Part shown: piece after piece, positions 26,629-35,363 of the stretch
Layout of the letters: every line of letters starts with the position of its first letter
Position numbering within the stretch: the first letter of the stretch is position 1
Assembly (NCBI GenBank): GCA_026398545.1
Contig: JAPLSR010000022.1
Location: 1 to 38,793 of the forward strand
DNA length: 38,793 nucleotides
DNA from: Candidatus Sumerlaeota bacterium
GTDB lineage: Bacteria; Sumerlaeota; Sumerlaeia; MWCT01
Direction: 5' to 3'
The notes under the pieces: model-generated
Told to the model about the DNA's origin: nothing
The model's database searches: none
The model's input: only the letters and a program-made list of their open reading frames with translations
Program-made: the position numbers and the translations under genes

Positions 26629-27636
26629 ATGATTAAAGAATCCCCAAGGCAGGTCATCATTGACACTGTCAGCTTTCAGCGTCCGGCGCGACTGGCAAGG
26701 GATTTGTGGGTTCTTCCAGCCGCGGGTAAGAAGTTTGAAAAGGAACTTAACGCCCTACAGAAAAAATATCCCTCCGATTTCGCCCCTGACGGATTTGAAG
26801 ACCCCGCAGGGGGCTTACGTCTTTATGAGCCCGGGACATTCATCGACCCCTGGGGATGCGGATGGGAAAATCACACATGGGGACTTCTGGGGCAGGTAAG
26901 GCATTTCCCACTGAATGACTGGAATAACCTGAAACACTACCATGCCCCCCTTCATCTTATCGGCAGGGGATTTGAGAGCGTCCGTGAAACCCTTGCCGCT
27001 TCAGGCGATAAATTCCACTTGGGAGTTATACCGTCCCTCTTTCACCGCATGTGCTGGCTCCGCGAACCCTCGCTCATCTTCATGGACTTTTATACCAATC
27101 CGGAGGAGCTCAAGACCCTCCGCGACATTGTCCATGATTATAATATGCGCCATCTGAAGGAACTCTTGAAATACAGACATGAGTGCATCTTCATCGGGGA
27201 CGATTGGGGCACACAGTCCCAGCTCTTCATCCGTCCGGAGATGTGGCGGGAGTATTTCAAACCGTGCTATGCGGAATATTTCAGTCTGGCGCGGGATGCG
27301 GGAAAACACATCTTCTTCCACAGTGACGGTTACATAATAGACATCGTTGAAGACCTGCTCGAAATCGGCGTTCAGGCGCTCAACTGCCAGGTTGCCTGCA
27401 TGGGCGTTGAGGAGCTGGGTCGGCGGTTCGCCGGACGCCTCTGCTTCTGGGGAGAGCTGGACAGGCAGCGCCTTCTGCCGAGAGGGACGCCTGAGGAGAT
27501 TCTGGAAGCGGCACGGCAAAATCTGCGGCATCTCGCCACGCCTGACGGGGGTTATATCATGCAGGCAGAGGTCAATGCAGATGTGCCTCTTGAAAACCTC
27601 GTGGCTGTCTTTCAGACTTACGAACTCATCCTGTAA
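26629..27636 (+). CDS. uroporphyrinogen-decarboxylase (URO-D) family protein
   Basis: 335 aa. IFIGDDWGTQ...FFHSDGYIIDIVEDLLEIGVQALN is typical of URO-D/MtaA-like TIM barrels. Confidence 0.65.
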   Translation: MIKESPRQVIIDTVSFQRPARLARDLWVLPAAGKKFEKELNALQKKYPSDFAPDGFEDPAGGLRLYEPGTFIDPWGCGWENHTWGLLGQVRHFPLNDWNNLKHYHAPLHLIGRGFESVRETLAASGDKFHLGVIPSLFHRMCWLREPSLIFMDFYTNPEELKTLRDIVHDYNMRHLKELLKYRHECIFIGDDWGTQSQLFIRPEMWREYFKPCYAEYFSLARDAGKHIFFHSDGYIIDIVEDLLEIGVQALNCQVACMGVEELGRRFAGRLCFWGELDRQRLLPRGTPEEILEAARQNLRHLATPDGGYIMQAEVNADVPLENLVAVFQTYELIL

Positions 27637-27671
27637 AGCAATACTATGGAATAGATACAATCAATAGATTA

Positions 27672-27694
27672 CGCATCCGCCTGAGGCGGATGTG
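27672..27694 (+). terminator. GC-rich hairpin downstream of the URO-D-family gene
   Basis: catccgcc-tga-ggcggatg: an 8-bp perfect stem with a 3-nt loop. There is no following T-tract, so terminator function is uncertain. Confidence 0.3.
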
Positions 27695-27829
27695 AAACTC
27701 TGCGAAATCTGTTGATTATAGAATTCAAGCATCTCCCGAAATCGTGTTGTTATTATTTGGTTAAAAATGTTATTGACACAGAATAGGTTAAAAACTGTAA
27801 AATTATCTTGAAAACGAAATGAGACAAAT

Positions 27830-27852
27830 ATCTTATACAGCATGTATAAGAT
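27830..27852. promoter_or_regulatory. 10-bp perfect inverted repeat (atcttataca-gca-tgtataagat), candidate operator or 5'-UTR hairpin
   Basis: Read directly. It ends 11 nt before the AGGAGG of the 27879 gene. A TTGACA box lies at 27774..27779 upstream. Confidence 0.4.
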
Positions 27853-27878
27853 GCGAGGCTTCTAGGAGGTGAACCGAT

Positions 27879-28484
27879 ATGGAGATTTGGCAAACGGATA
27901 AACTATTGTTATTCATTGCATTTGTTATCCCTGGATTCATATCTTTAAAGGTATATGAGCTGTTGCATCCAGGAATATTGAAAGACCCAGGTAAGCAATT
28001 AATTGATGCGGTTGCATATAGCTGTGTTAACTATGCACTGTTGTTTTGGCCAATTCATTTGGTAGAATCAAGCGCCCTTGTGAAGATATACCCCAATATC
28101 CATGTCGCATTTTGTGTGTTTGTGATACTGATTGCACCTATTATTTGGGTCATATTATGGAGCTACATTAGAACAAGGAAAATATTACTGAAAGTTGTTC
28201 ACCATCCTACTCAAAAACCTTGGGATTATGTATTTTCAAAACGAGAACCGTATTGGATAAAAATTTTTTTGAAAGATGGGACAAAAATCGGGGGTAAGTA
28301 TGCAGGGAAGTCATTTACATCAAGCGCACCGGCAGAAGAGCAGATTTATTTAGAGGAGACATGGATACTGAATGACAAAGGAGGGTTGGAAAGACCAAAG
28401 AAACGTACTGCAGGTGTTATAATTACGTCAAAAGAGATCTCTTACATAGAGCTCATGAAATATAGGGAGGAAACTCATAAATGA
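27879..28484 (+). CDS. membrane protein, DUF6338-like (3 predicted N-terminal TM helices + soluble C-domain)
   Basis: AGGAGG 9 nt upstream. Hydrophobic stretches LLLFIAFVIPGFISL, YSCVNYALLFWPI and VAFCVFVILIAPIIWVILW. Then KPWDYVF...YWIKIFLKDGTKIGGKY...IYLEETW. The family name is from memory. The gene is AT-rich. Confidence 0.55.
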   Translation: MEIWQTDKLLLFIAFVIPGFISLKVYELLHPGILKDPGKQLIDAVAYSCVNYALLFWPIHLVESSALVKIYPNIHVAFCVFVILIAPIIWVILWSYIRTRKILLKVVHHPTQKPWDYVFSKREPYWIKIFLKDGTKIGGKYAGKSFTSSAPAEEQIYLEETWILNDKGGLERPKKRTAGVIITSKEISYIELMKYREETHK

Positions 28485-28645
28485 GTGAAGAAAAGAAACA
28501 ATTAGTTGAAGGGTATGTGGAAAAGGGTTACAAACCAGAACCAGAACCAAAACCTACAACTCCATCTGAGGTCGCACCATTAGGTTATCAACCAACAAAT
28601 GGTGATACGCAAAACGGTCAAGCCACCCCACCAATGGAAGAATAA
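28481..28645 (+). CDS. 54-codon ORF, ATGA-coupled to the preceding gene (Glu/Pro-rich small protein)
   Basis: MSEEKKQLVEGYVEKGYKPEPEPKPTTPSEVAPLGYQPTNGDTQNGQATPPMEE. The start overlaps the upstream stop (aaATGAgt). Confidence 0.35.
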   Translation: MSEEKKQLVEGYVEKGYKPEPEPKPTTPSEVAPLGYQPTNGDTQNGQATPPMEE

Positions 28646-28871
28646 AAGCGTAACCGTTGGCTACACTCATGTTGCCAGGTCCGCGCATAACCATGCTAAA
28701 TTTGAAGATTCCTTGGCACCTTGAAGCTGATTAGTCGTGAGTTGTCTTTCTTGCTGGGACATGCCTCAGTAATGGCAGACTGTGTTTTTACGAGCGTTTG
28801 CTGAGTCTGAACGGCTATAAATCCAGAATCCAGTGCGAGAATTCAGTGATTTAATAAGGAATAGACAGAAT

Positions 28872-28923
28872 ATTCAGGATAATAAACGAGTTCATGAATC
28901 CTGTTAATCTTGCCCATCCATTT
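28872..28923. repeat. micro repeat: attcaggat (inverted) then aatcctgtt/aatcttgcc/catccattt (9-nt period)
   Basis: Read directly. Same layout as the element at 3446..3511, but more degenerate. Confidence 0.35.
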
Positions 28924-29058
28924 TTTAATTTCTTACTATTGTTACTTTTCGGAGTTCCCGAATCGCATTGATGCGGTGTGTAAAAAAATCTTGCAATCCT
29001 GCTGGCTCTGCTGATTTGATTTTTAATTTAGTTGTCTGAGAAAACAGGGGAGGTTTTT

Positions 29059-29760
29059 ATGAAGGCGGTGATTCTTGCCGCGGGCGAGGGGACACGGATG
29101 CGCCCCATCACCTATACCACCCCAAAACCGCTCATCCCCATCCTTGGGAAACCTATCCTGCAGTATGATTTTGACATCCTGAAGGAATTTGTGGATGAAA
29201 TTATTGTTGTTGTGGGGCATCTCAAGGAAAGAATCATGGAATATTTCGGGCGGTTTTATCAGGGCGTGAAACTTACCTATATTGTCCAGAGTGAGATTCG
29301 CGGCACTGCGGACGCCCTGCGCGAGGTTGATGGGCGCATCACGGGGAGGTTTATCCTGCTCATGGGTGATAGCATTTATGACAAAAAAGACCTTGAAGCA
29401 TGCCTGATGAGCGCGCCCTCTATCCTTGCCGTTGAGGTGGATGAACCGCAAAAATTTGGCATATTCCGTCTTAACGGTGACCGCATTGTTGAGCTGGTGG
29501 AGAAACCGAAGGAGTATATCTCCAACCTTGCCAATGCCGCACTGTATGTCCTTGACCGCGAGATTTTTGAGGAGATAAAGAAAATCAAGCCCTCGCCTCG
29601 GGGGGAGTATGAGTTGCCGGATGCCATCACAGCCCTTGCGGCGCGATGCAACATCCACTGTGTCAGATCAACCGGTTACTGGATTCCCATTGGCTACCCC
29701 GATGACATCAAGAAGGCGGAAAAAATCGTGGCACAGAACAGGGGAAAGTCGGAACGATAG
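29059..29760 (+). CDS. sugar-phosphate nucleotidyltransferase (RmlA/GlmU-N-like)
   Basis: MKAVILAAGEGTRMRPITYTTPKPLIPI signature. GGGGAGG precedes ATG 29059. Confidence 0.8.
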   Translation: MKAVILAAGEGTRMRPITYTTPKPLIPILGKPILQYDFDILKEFVDEIIVVVGHLKERIMEYFGRFYQGVKLTYIVQSEIRGTADALREVDGRITGRFILLMGDSIYDKKDLEACLMSAPSILAVEVDEPQKFGIFRLNGDRIVELVEKPKEYISNLANAALYVLDREIFEEIKKIKPSPRGEYELPDAITALAARCNIHCVRSTGYWIPIGYPDDIKKAEKIVAQNRGKSER

Positions 29761-29819
29761 AAATATCCGGTGAAAAACTTCTTATAATTGTTTGAGATTG
29801 TGTTGTGAGGATATCACCG

Positions 29820-31136
29820 ATGAAAAAGGTGATAATTGTTATTGCAGTGGTTGCGTTGCTTGGCGCGGGCGCCTATGCCTGGTGGAGTGTGCCCAGGAAG
29901 AATCCTTATGCTCAGGTTCAGCGAGAAAAAGCCAAAAGGGATAAATTTATCCTCTCCATCGAAGAGGTCGGGATAATCAGGGCAAGGAAAGTGGAGTCTA
30001 TCTATACTCCATTTGGCGGGAAAATCACAAAAATCCTTGATAATGGCTGCACAGTCACCAAGGGGCAAATTGTGATCTGGCTGGATACGGAGGATGTGGA
30101 GAATAAACTCAGTGACCAGATAATAAATCTAAAGTCCACCAAGACGGAACTGGAGTCCAATATTGAGCGGCTGATAAAAGGGATGCGCAGTAATACTCTC
30201 AAAGTGGAATCCTCAGCCGCCGACCTTGAATTCGCCCGACTGAAACTCCAGGAAGTCACCCATCGCCTGGAAACGGTGCAGCTCCTTGTGGATAAAAACA
30301 TTGTGGCAAAGAGCGATGCCCAGACGCAGGAGCAAAACGTCCAGAGTGAAAAATTCAACACACTGAACACCGACCTCACATTTCAGAGGGATATCAAAGA
30401 TAAGGAAGATGAGGAGATGTCCCAGGCGGCAGGTCTTGGCATGGTAAAACTGCGAAGCATAAGGGCTAAAAAAACCATCGAGGATGCACGCGCAAAAATT
30501 GCGGATGCCGAGATTAAAGCGCCCGCCAACGGGTTGCTTATCCTGACGGAACACTGGGACTGGCAGAATAACCGGAATTCGAAGCCCCAGGCGGGGGACC
30601 AGGTGTGGGAAAGACAATGCCTTGCCGAAATCCCCGACTTATCCACAATCATAGTTCTCTCACAAGTCAGTGAGGAGGATGTATCAAAGGTCTTCATCGG
30701 ACAGGAGGCGCATATCACCACGGACGCCTTCAAGGACCTTGAGATAAAAGCCAAAGTCTCCCGTATCGGCATGGCGGCAATCCTCCGCTATGCCTCACCC
30801 GCGGGAAGTCTGAGCCAGTCCATTGAGGATACGGGTCAAAAGGTCTTTGAACTTGACCTCGCACCGGAAAAAACGGACAGCCGGCTGAGACCCGGTATGA
30901 CGGCTAATATCTCCATCATTCTGGAGACTCTACCCAACGCCCTGACACTGCCCGTCTCGGCAGTCTTCCGCAAGGAGGGGCGTTCCGTGGTCTATCTTGC
31001 CACAAAAGATGGGTTCAAAGTTCAGCCGGTCGCACTGGGACGCAGTAACCGCGAACGTGTGGAAATCCTCTCGGGCTTGAAGGAAAATGATGAGGTCTTT
31101 ACAAAGGACCTGAGCCAGATGGAAAACAAATCATGA
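29820..31136 (+). CDS. HlyD/MacA-type periplasmic adaptor (membrane fusion protein)
   Basis: N-terminal anchor MKKVIIVIAVVALLGAGAYAWW, lipoyl-like GKITKILDNGCTVTKGQIVIWLD, a long coiled coil, AEIKAPANGLL and a C-terminal LRPGMTANISI...VEILSGLKENDEV. Confidence 0.8.
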   Translation: MKKVIIVIAVVALLGAGAYAWWSVPRKNPYAQVQREKAKRDKFILSIEEVGIIRARKVESIYTPFGGKITKILDNGCTVTKGQIVIWLDTEDVENKLSDQIINLKSTKTELESNIERLIKGMRSNTLKVESSAADLEFARLKLQEVTHRLETVQLLVDKNIVAKSDAQTQEQNVQSEKFNTLNTDLTFQRDIKDKEDEEMSQAAGLGMVKLRSIRAKKTIEDARAKIADAEIKAPANGLLILTEHWDWQNNRNSKPQAGDQVWERQCLAEIPDLSTIIVLSQVSEEDVSKVFIGQEAHITTDAFKDLEIKAKVSRIGMAAILRYASPAGSLSQSIEDTGQKVFELDLAPEKTDSRLRPGMTANISIILETLPNALTLPVSAVFRKEGRSVVYLATKDGFKVQPVALGRSNRERVEILSGLKENDEVFTKDLSQMENKS

Positions 31137-31200
31137 AGGTCAAGGATAAAAAATCCACAAGGTTAAACAGTCCGGATGGATATGTCTTACCCACCTCAGT

Positions 31201-31241
31201 TTCTCCGATTCTCCCATTCTCCCATTCACCGACTCTTCTAC
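31201..31241. repeat. micro tandem repeat, 8-nt period x5 (tctccgat tctcccat tctcccat tcaccgac tcttctac)
   Basis: Read directly. Intergenic, between the adaptor gene and grpE. Confidence 0.6.
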
Positions 31242-31299
31242 ACTACCTGTCTGGATTGCTTCACATCTCACAGGTGAAAAAAATCAGGAGGTTGTGATA

Positions 31300-31950
31300 A
31301 TGTCCTCATTTGAACAGTATCGTCATCGCCAGAAATACAGACTCCGACGCGCACGCTATCAAATGGAGGTTCTTCCCCAGCCGGAACGTGAGGACGCCAT
31401 GAGTGGCGCAATTCTGGAAAACCTGAAAAGAATTCGTGAAAGGGAGATAAGGGAAACACAATCCCTCAAGGACATGTTTCTGCGCTCACAGGCGGACATG
31501 GATAATCTCCGGAAAAGAACCGCCAGGGAAAGAGAGGAGACTGTTAAATTCGCAAATGAAAATCTTATTTGCTCTCTGCTCCCAATCCTGGACGACTTTG
31601 AACATGCCTGGAAGACCCCTGAATCATCCCAGGACTTGCCAACATTCCAGAAAGGCATCAGCCTGATTTATCAACAGTTGATAAAGGTGCTTGATGAATC
31701 CGGTCTTGAAAAAATTGATGACGTGGATACGCCATTCGACCCAAAGAACCACGAGGCTATCACCACCGAATATCATGAAGACAAACCGGAAAATTATGTC
31801 ACACATATCATTCGCAAGGGTTACAGGATGAAGGGGCGTCTCATCCGTCCGGCGCTCGTCAAGGTGAATAAAAAAACCGAAAAGACGGAGACTCCCCACC
31901 ATGGCACCCTGCGCCCCAACCCCAATATTAAAGGGGAACCGCTTGGTTAG
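31300..31950 (+). CDS. grpE: nucleotide exchange factor GrpE
   Basis: LRSQADMDNLRKRTAREREE...LLPILDDFEHA...FDPKNHEAI. AGGAGG lies 8 nt before ATG 31300. Confidence 0.9.
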   Translation: MSSFEQYRHRQKYRLRRARYQMEVLPQPEREDAMSGAILENLKRIREREIRETQSLKDMFLRSQADMDNLRKRTAREREETVKFANENLICSLLPILDDFEHAWKTPESSQDLPTFQKGISLIYQQLIKVLDESGLEKIDDVDTPFDPKNHEAITTEYHEDKPENYVTHIIRKGYRMKGRLIRPALVKVNKKTEKTETPHHGTLRPNPNIKGEPLG

Positions 31951-31964
31951 GCGGCTCGTTAATA

Positions 31965-32062
31965 GAGATTGAGTCATTGAGAGATTGAATCATTGAGTGA
32001 TTGAGAGATTGAATCATTTGGTATTTATCAATGAGTCAATGAATCAATTTTTGAAGATTGAG
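31965..32062. repeat. 8-nt-period array (attgaNNN x6-7, organised as 2 x 24 nt) followed by 3 inverted copies (tcaat, 8-nt period)
   Basis: attga occurs at 31968, 31976, 31984, 31992, 32000 and 32008. The 24-mers at 31968..31991 and 31992..32015 differ at one base. tcaat occurs at 32028, 32036 and 32044. Confidence 0.85.
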
Positions 32063-33893
32063 ACATAAGGATGTGAGCCGCTTGCCCAGACGAGATATCT
32101 CTCTCTTGATTGCAATTATTGTCCTCGGTCTGGCGATGCGGCTCATTTTTTATTCCCAGTTCGCCGCAACTCCCTTTTACCGCCATCCAATGCTGGACGC
32201 CAAATATTATGACGACATGGCACAAAAGATTGCATCTGGACACCTGATTCAGGACATGGCGTTCTTCATGGGACCGCTTTATCCTTACGTCCTCGGTCTC
32301 TCTTACGCCATAACCGGACACAGCCCGGATGTTTACCGCCTTGTGCAGATGGCGCTCGGGCTCGGGGTGTGTGTCCTGCTTTTCGTGACCGGGCGTCGCC
32401 TCTTCTCGCCTGCCGTAGGACTCCTTGCCGCCCTGTTTTACGCCTTGTACAAGCCTGTCCTGTTTCATGAACAGACGCTCCTCATGGAGACACCCCTCGG
32501 GTTTATATATCTTTTCTTTCTCCTTTTAGTTGTGGAAAAGGGGGAGGAGGCATCCATCGGTTGGACGTTTCTCATGGGTGTGGCGCTGGGTGTAGCGGCG
32601 CTTTTCCGCGGCAATGTGCTCCTTTTCCTCCCCATTCTGACGGTGTGGATTTTATATGTGAACCGCTCCCGCGCCGGAAGGTTTTTTTCAAAAGAGGGAC
32701 TGTTAAAAGCCCTTTTCCTGATAGTGGGAGCACTCATTGCCGTTTTCCCCGCCACGCTTCACAACTATCTTGCGGAAAGGGATTTTGTCCTCATCACCTC
32801 CAATGATGGCATCAATCTTTATATTGGCAACAATGAGCGGGCGACGGGTTGCTTTGAGCCCCTGCCACTTTCAGAGGTCAACATGGTGTTGGACCCGCGG
32901 GGTTCCAAATTTGTGGAGGAGGAACTCGGGCGTTCACCGCTCAAATCCTCCGAGATTTCTCACTTCTGGCGTTCCCGCGCCGCCGATTTCATAAGCCGTT
33001 ACCCGCTGACCTTCTTGAAACTCCTTGCTCTGAAGTTATACTATTTCTGGGGCAGAAAGGAATTAGACCAGATTTACACCATGAAGGGGATGGCGACGTT
33101 AATGCCTGTCCTGCGGATGCCTCTGGTCACTTTTTTCCTCATCGGGCCACTCTCCCTTTTGGGGCTATTCTTCACTTTTAAAAATCCGGAGAGGAAAAAG
33201 ATTCTCATTGCCCTCTCCTCCATCGCATACTGCCTGTCCCTCATCCCCTTCTTCATCACCGACCGTTACAGGATTCCGATTATTCCGCAGTTATGCCTCT
33301 TTGCCTCCTTTGCCCTTGTGCGCCTCTTTGAGAGGGCGAAATCCCGCCGGTGGAGGGAGTTTCTCCCCGCCGTGGCATTACTTATTGTTTTATTCATTCT
33401 ACTTGATAATAGAAACTATCCGAAGAGACGCCTCGAGGATGAGGCGTTTCACAACTCACTTGGAATTATATATCAAGCCGAGGGGCGCTATGATGATGCC
33501 ATCAGGGAATACAGGCTGGGACTCTCCTACGGAAAGGTTACAAACCTCTATTCCAATCTGGGCAACACCTATTATCTGAAAAATGAATATTACAAGGCGA
33601 TAGAGAATTATAAACAGGCAATTGAACTTGACCCGTCAAATGCGCGGAATTACCTCAGGTTGGGGCAATGTTATCTGGATGTCAAACAATGGGAGGATGC
33701 GCGGAGCAATTTTGAAAGGGTGCTGAGCATTGACCCCCGACTCAGCCCCGTTCCGTATTATAAACTCGCCTTTCTTTACCTTTTGCGGGGGGAAAAGGAA
33801 AAGGCAAACCAGTTCATGAAAATCTATCTTGAGATGCAGCCCAGAGACAAACAGGCGTGGCAGACCTTCCTGCGCGAAGGCGGCGGGAAATAA
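32058..33893 (+). CDS. ArnT/PMT-like (GT39/GT83-type) membrane glycosyltransferase with C-terminal TPR repeats
   Basis: Multi-TM N-terminal ~430 aa with a DAKYYDDMA loop motif after TM1. The C-terminal TPRs include NLGNTYYLKNEYYKAIENYKQAIELDP. The start is ambiguous (TTG 32058 or GTG 32073). Confidence 0.75.
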   Translation: MRHKDVSRLPRRDISLLIAIIVLGLAMRLIFYSQFAATPFYRHPMLDAKYYDDMAQKIASGHLIQDMAFFMGPLYPYVLGLSYAITGHSPDVYRLVQMALGLGVCVLLFVTGRRLFSPAVGLLAALFYALYKPVLFHEQTLLMETPLGFIYLFFLLLVVEKGEEASIGWTFLMGVALGVAALFRGNVLLFLPILTVWILYVNRSRAGRFFSKEGLLKALFLIVGALIAVFPATLHNYLAERDFVLITSNDGINLYIGNNERATGCFEPLPLSEVNMVLDPRGSKFVEEELGRSPLKSSEISHFWRSRAADFISRYPLTFLKLLALKLYYFWGRKELDQIYTMKGMATLMPVLRMPLVTFFLIGPLSLLGLFFTFKNPERKKILIALSSIAYCLSLIPFFITDRYRIPIIPQLCLFASFALVRLFERAKSRRWREFLPAVALLIVLFILLDNRNYPKRRLEDEAFHNSLGIIYQAEGRYDDAIREYRLGLSYGKVTNLYSNLGNTYYLKNEYYKAIENYKQAIELDPSNARNYLRLGQCYLDVKQWEDARSNFERVLSIDPRLSPVPYYKLAFLYLLRGEKEKANQFMKIYLEMQPRDKQAWQTFLREGGGK

Positions 33894-33924
33894 TCCCCCC
33901 CACAGGCGGATTCATAGATTATAT

Positions 33925-33951
33925 TCTCTGTGATCTCTGTGTCTCTGTGGT
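33925..33951. repeat. micro tandem repeat 3 x 9 nt (tctctgtga tctctgtgt ctctgtggt)
   Basis: Read directly, in the convergent intergenic region. Confidence 0.6.
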
Positions 33952-33974
33952 GAAATTTATTATTTCAGAGGCTC

Positions 33975-35363
33975 TTAATGGAAAAATGTCAGAATCGTCA
34001 TGATAAGAATTCTTACGTCAAGGAGGAGAGACCAGTTTTCAATGTAATAGAGGTCATACTTGACGCGCTCCTCGATGGAGGAATCCCCGCGCAAGCTATT
34101 GACCTGTGCCCAGCCGGTGATGCCTGATTTGACGCGGTGGCGCGCCATGTAACGGGGAATGCCGTTTTTGAATTTCTCCACAAAGTATGGACGCTCAGGG
34201 CGGGGTCCCACAAGGCTCATATCACCCTTCAGGACGTTCATCAACTGTGGCAGCTCATCCAAGTTGTGACTGCGCAGAAAGACCCCCATCCGCGTACAGC
34301 GCGGGTCATTTGCCCTTGCCCAGACGGGTCCATCCCTCTCCGCATCCGCCACCATGGAGCGGAATTTGAAAAGGACAAATGTCCTTCCGTCCGCGCCCAT
34401 CCGCTCCTGTCTGTATATTACCGACCCTCTCGTATCAAGCCGAATCATGATGGCGATAAATGCCATGAACGGGCTCAGCAAGATGAGGGTGAAAAGGGAA
34501 AAGATAATATCGAAGAGTCTCTTGATGATGAGGTTTAATCCGTGAAGCGGCGACTCCTTCAGTCCGAAGAGGGGGACACCGCCGATTTCGTTGACGCTGA
34601 TTTCCGTTGACATGATTTCAAGAAAATCGGGAACGACATGGACGGTAATCATCTCCTTTTCACATTCAAGGAGAAAATCGACCAGATGGTTTGTTTTGAG
34701 GTCGGGGCGGGCGAGCATCACCTCGGTCACGCCCCTCTTGCTTGCCCACTCCTTCATCTCGTTCACAACGCCAAGAACGGGCACCCCCTCAATCTCCCTT
34801 CCCACCTCCCCGGGGCTGTCTGTCAGAAAACCCTCAAGTTTGTATCCATATTCCGTATGCTCCGAGATACGGCGGGCAATCGTGCCTGCCACCGGTCCTG
34901 TCCCGATTATGAGCACTGGTGAAATCCCCACACCTTTCTTATGTCCCAGCAGGATAAGAATCCATGAAAGGATGGCTCGAAAAATCCAGAGGGCGCAAAT
35001 TGTAAAGAAGGGGGTCATCATGACCACCGGACGTGAATACTCCGCCTCCCGCAGAAAAAAGTTCAGCCCCACCATGATGAATGTTGCCAGAAAACAGCCC
35101 TTCACAATGTGCCAGGCGATTGCAAAGCTGAAGACGCGCTTGCGTGGGGCATAAAGATGAAGGAGATTAAGCGAGATGACCCAGACCCCAATTGCCACAG
35201 GATAAATGTGAAGGTATTGGTAAGGATGGTATCCCTTTGTGATGGGGATGAGTGAGGTCATGAATCTCAGCCAGTAGGTGAAAAAGAGTCCTGTGGCGAC
35301 TGCGGCGGTGTCCACCCCCACCAGAAGGGCGGTATAGGGGATGCCTGTGCGTTTTTTCAGCAT
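33975..35363 (-). CDS. polyprenyl glycosylphosphotransferase (WbaP/exopolysaccharide priming sugar transferase)
   Basis: [10 protein letters not shown]...[20 protein letters not shown]...[22 protein letters not shown]. The start ATG overlaps the upstream TAA by 1 nt (TAATG). Confidence 0.85.
   Translation of the reverse strand: MLKKRTGIPYTALLVGVDTAAVATGLFFTYWLRFMTSLIPITKGYHPYQYLHIYPVAIGVWVISLNLLHLYAPRKRVFSFAIAWHIVKGCFLATFIMVGLNFFLREAEYSRPVVMMTPFFTICALWIFRAILSWILILLGHKKGVGISPVLIIGTGPVAGTIARRISEHTEYGYKLEGFLTDSPGEVGREIEGVPVLGVVNEMKEWASKRGVTEVMLARPDLKTNHLVDFLLECEKEMITVHVVPDFLEIMSTEISVNEIGGVPLFGLKESPLHGLNLIIKRLFDIIFSLFTLILLSPFMAFIAIMIRLDTRGSVIYRQERMGADGRTFVLFKFRSMVADAERDGPVWARANDPRCTRMGVFLRSHNLDELPQLMNVLKGDMSLVGPRPERPYFVEKFKNGIPRYMARHRVKSGITGWAQVNSLRGDSSIEERVKYDLYYIENWSLLLDVRILIMTILTFFH

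Noticed and set aside
31965-32062. Short repeat arrays considered as a CRISPR array
   Set aside because: Units are 8-9 nt and directly abutting with no spacers. Arrays are under 100 nt, and there are no cas genes in the window.
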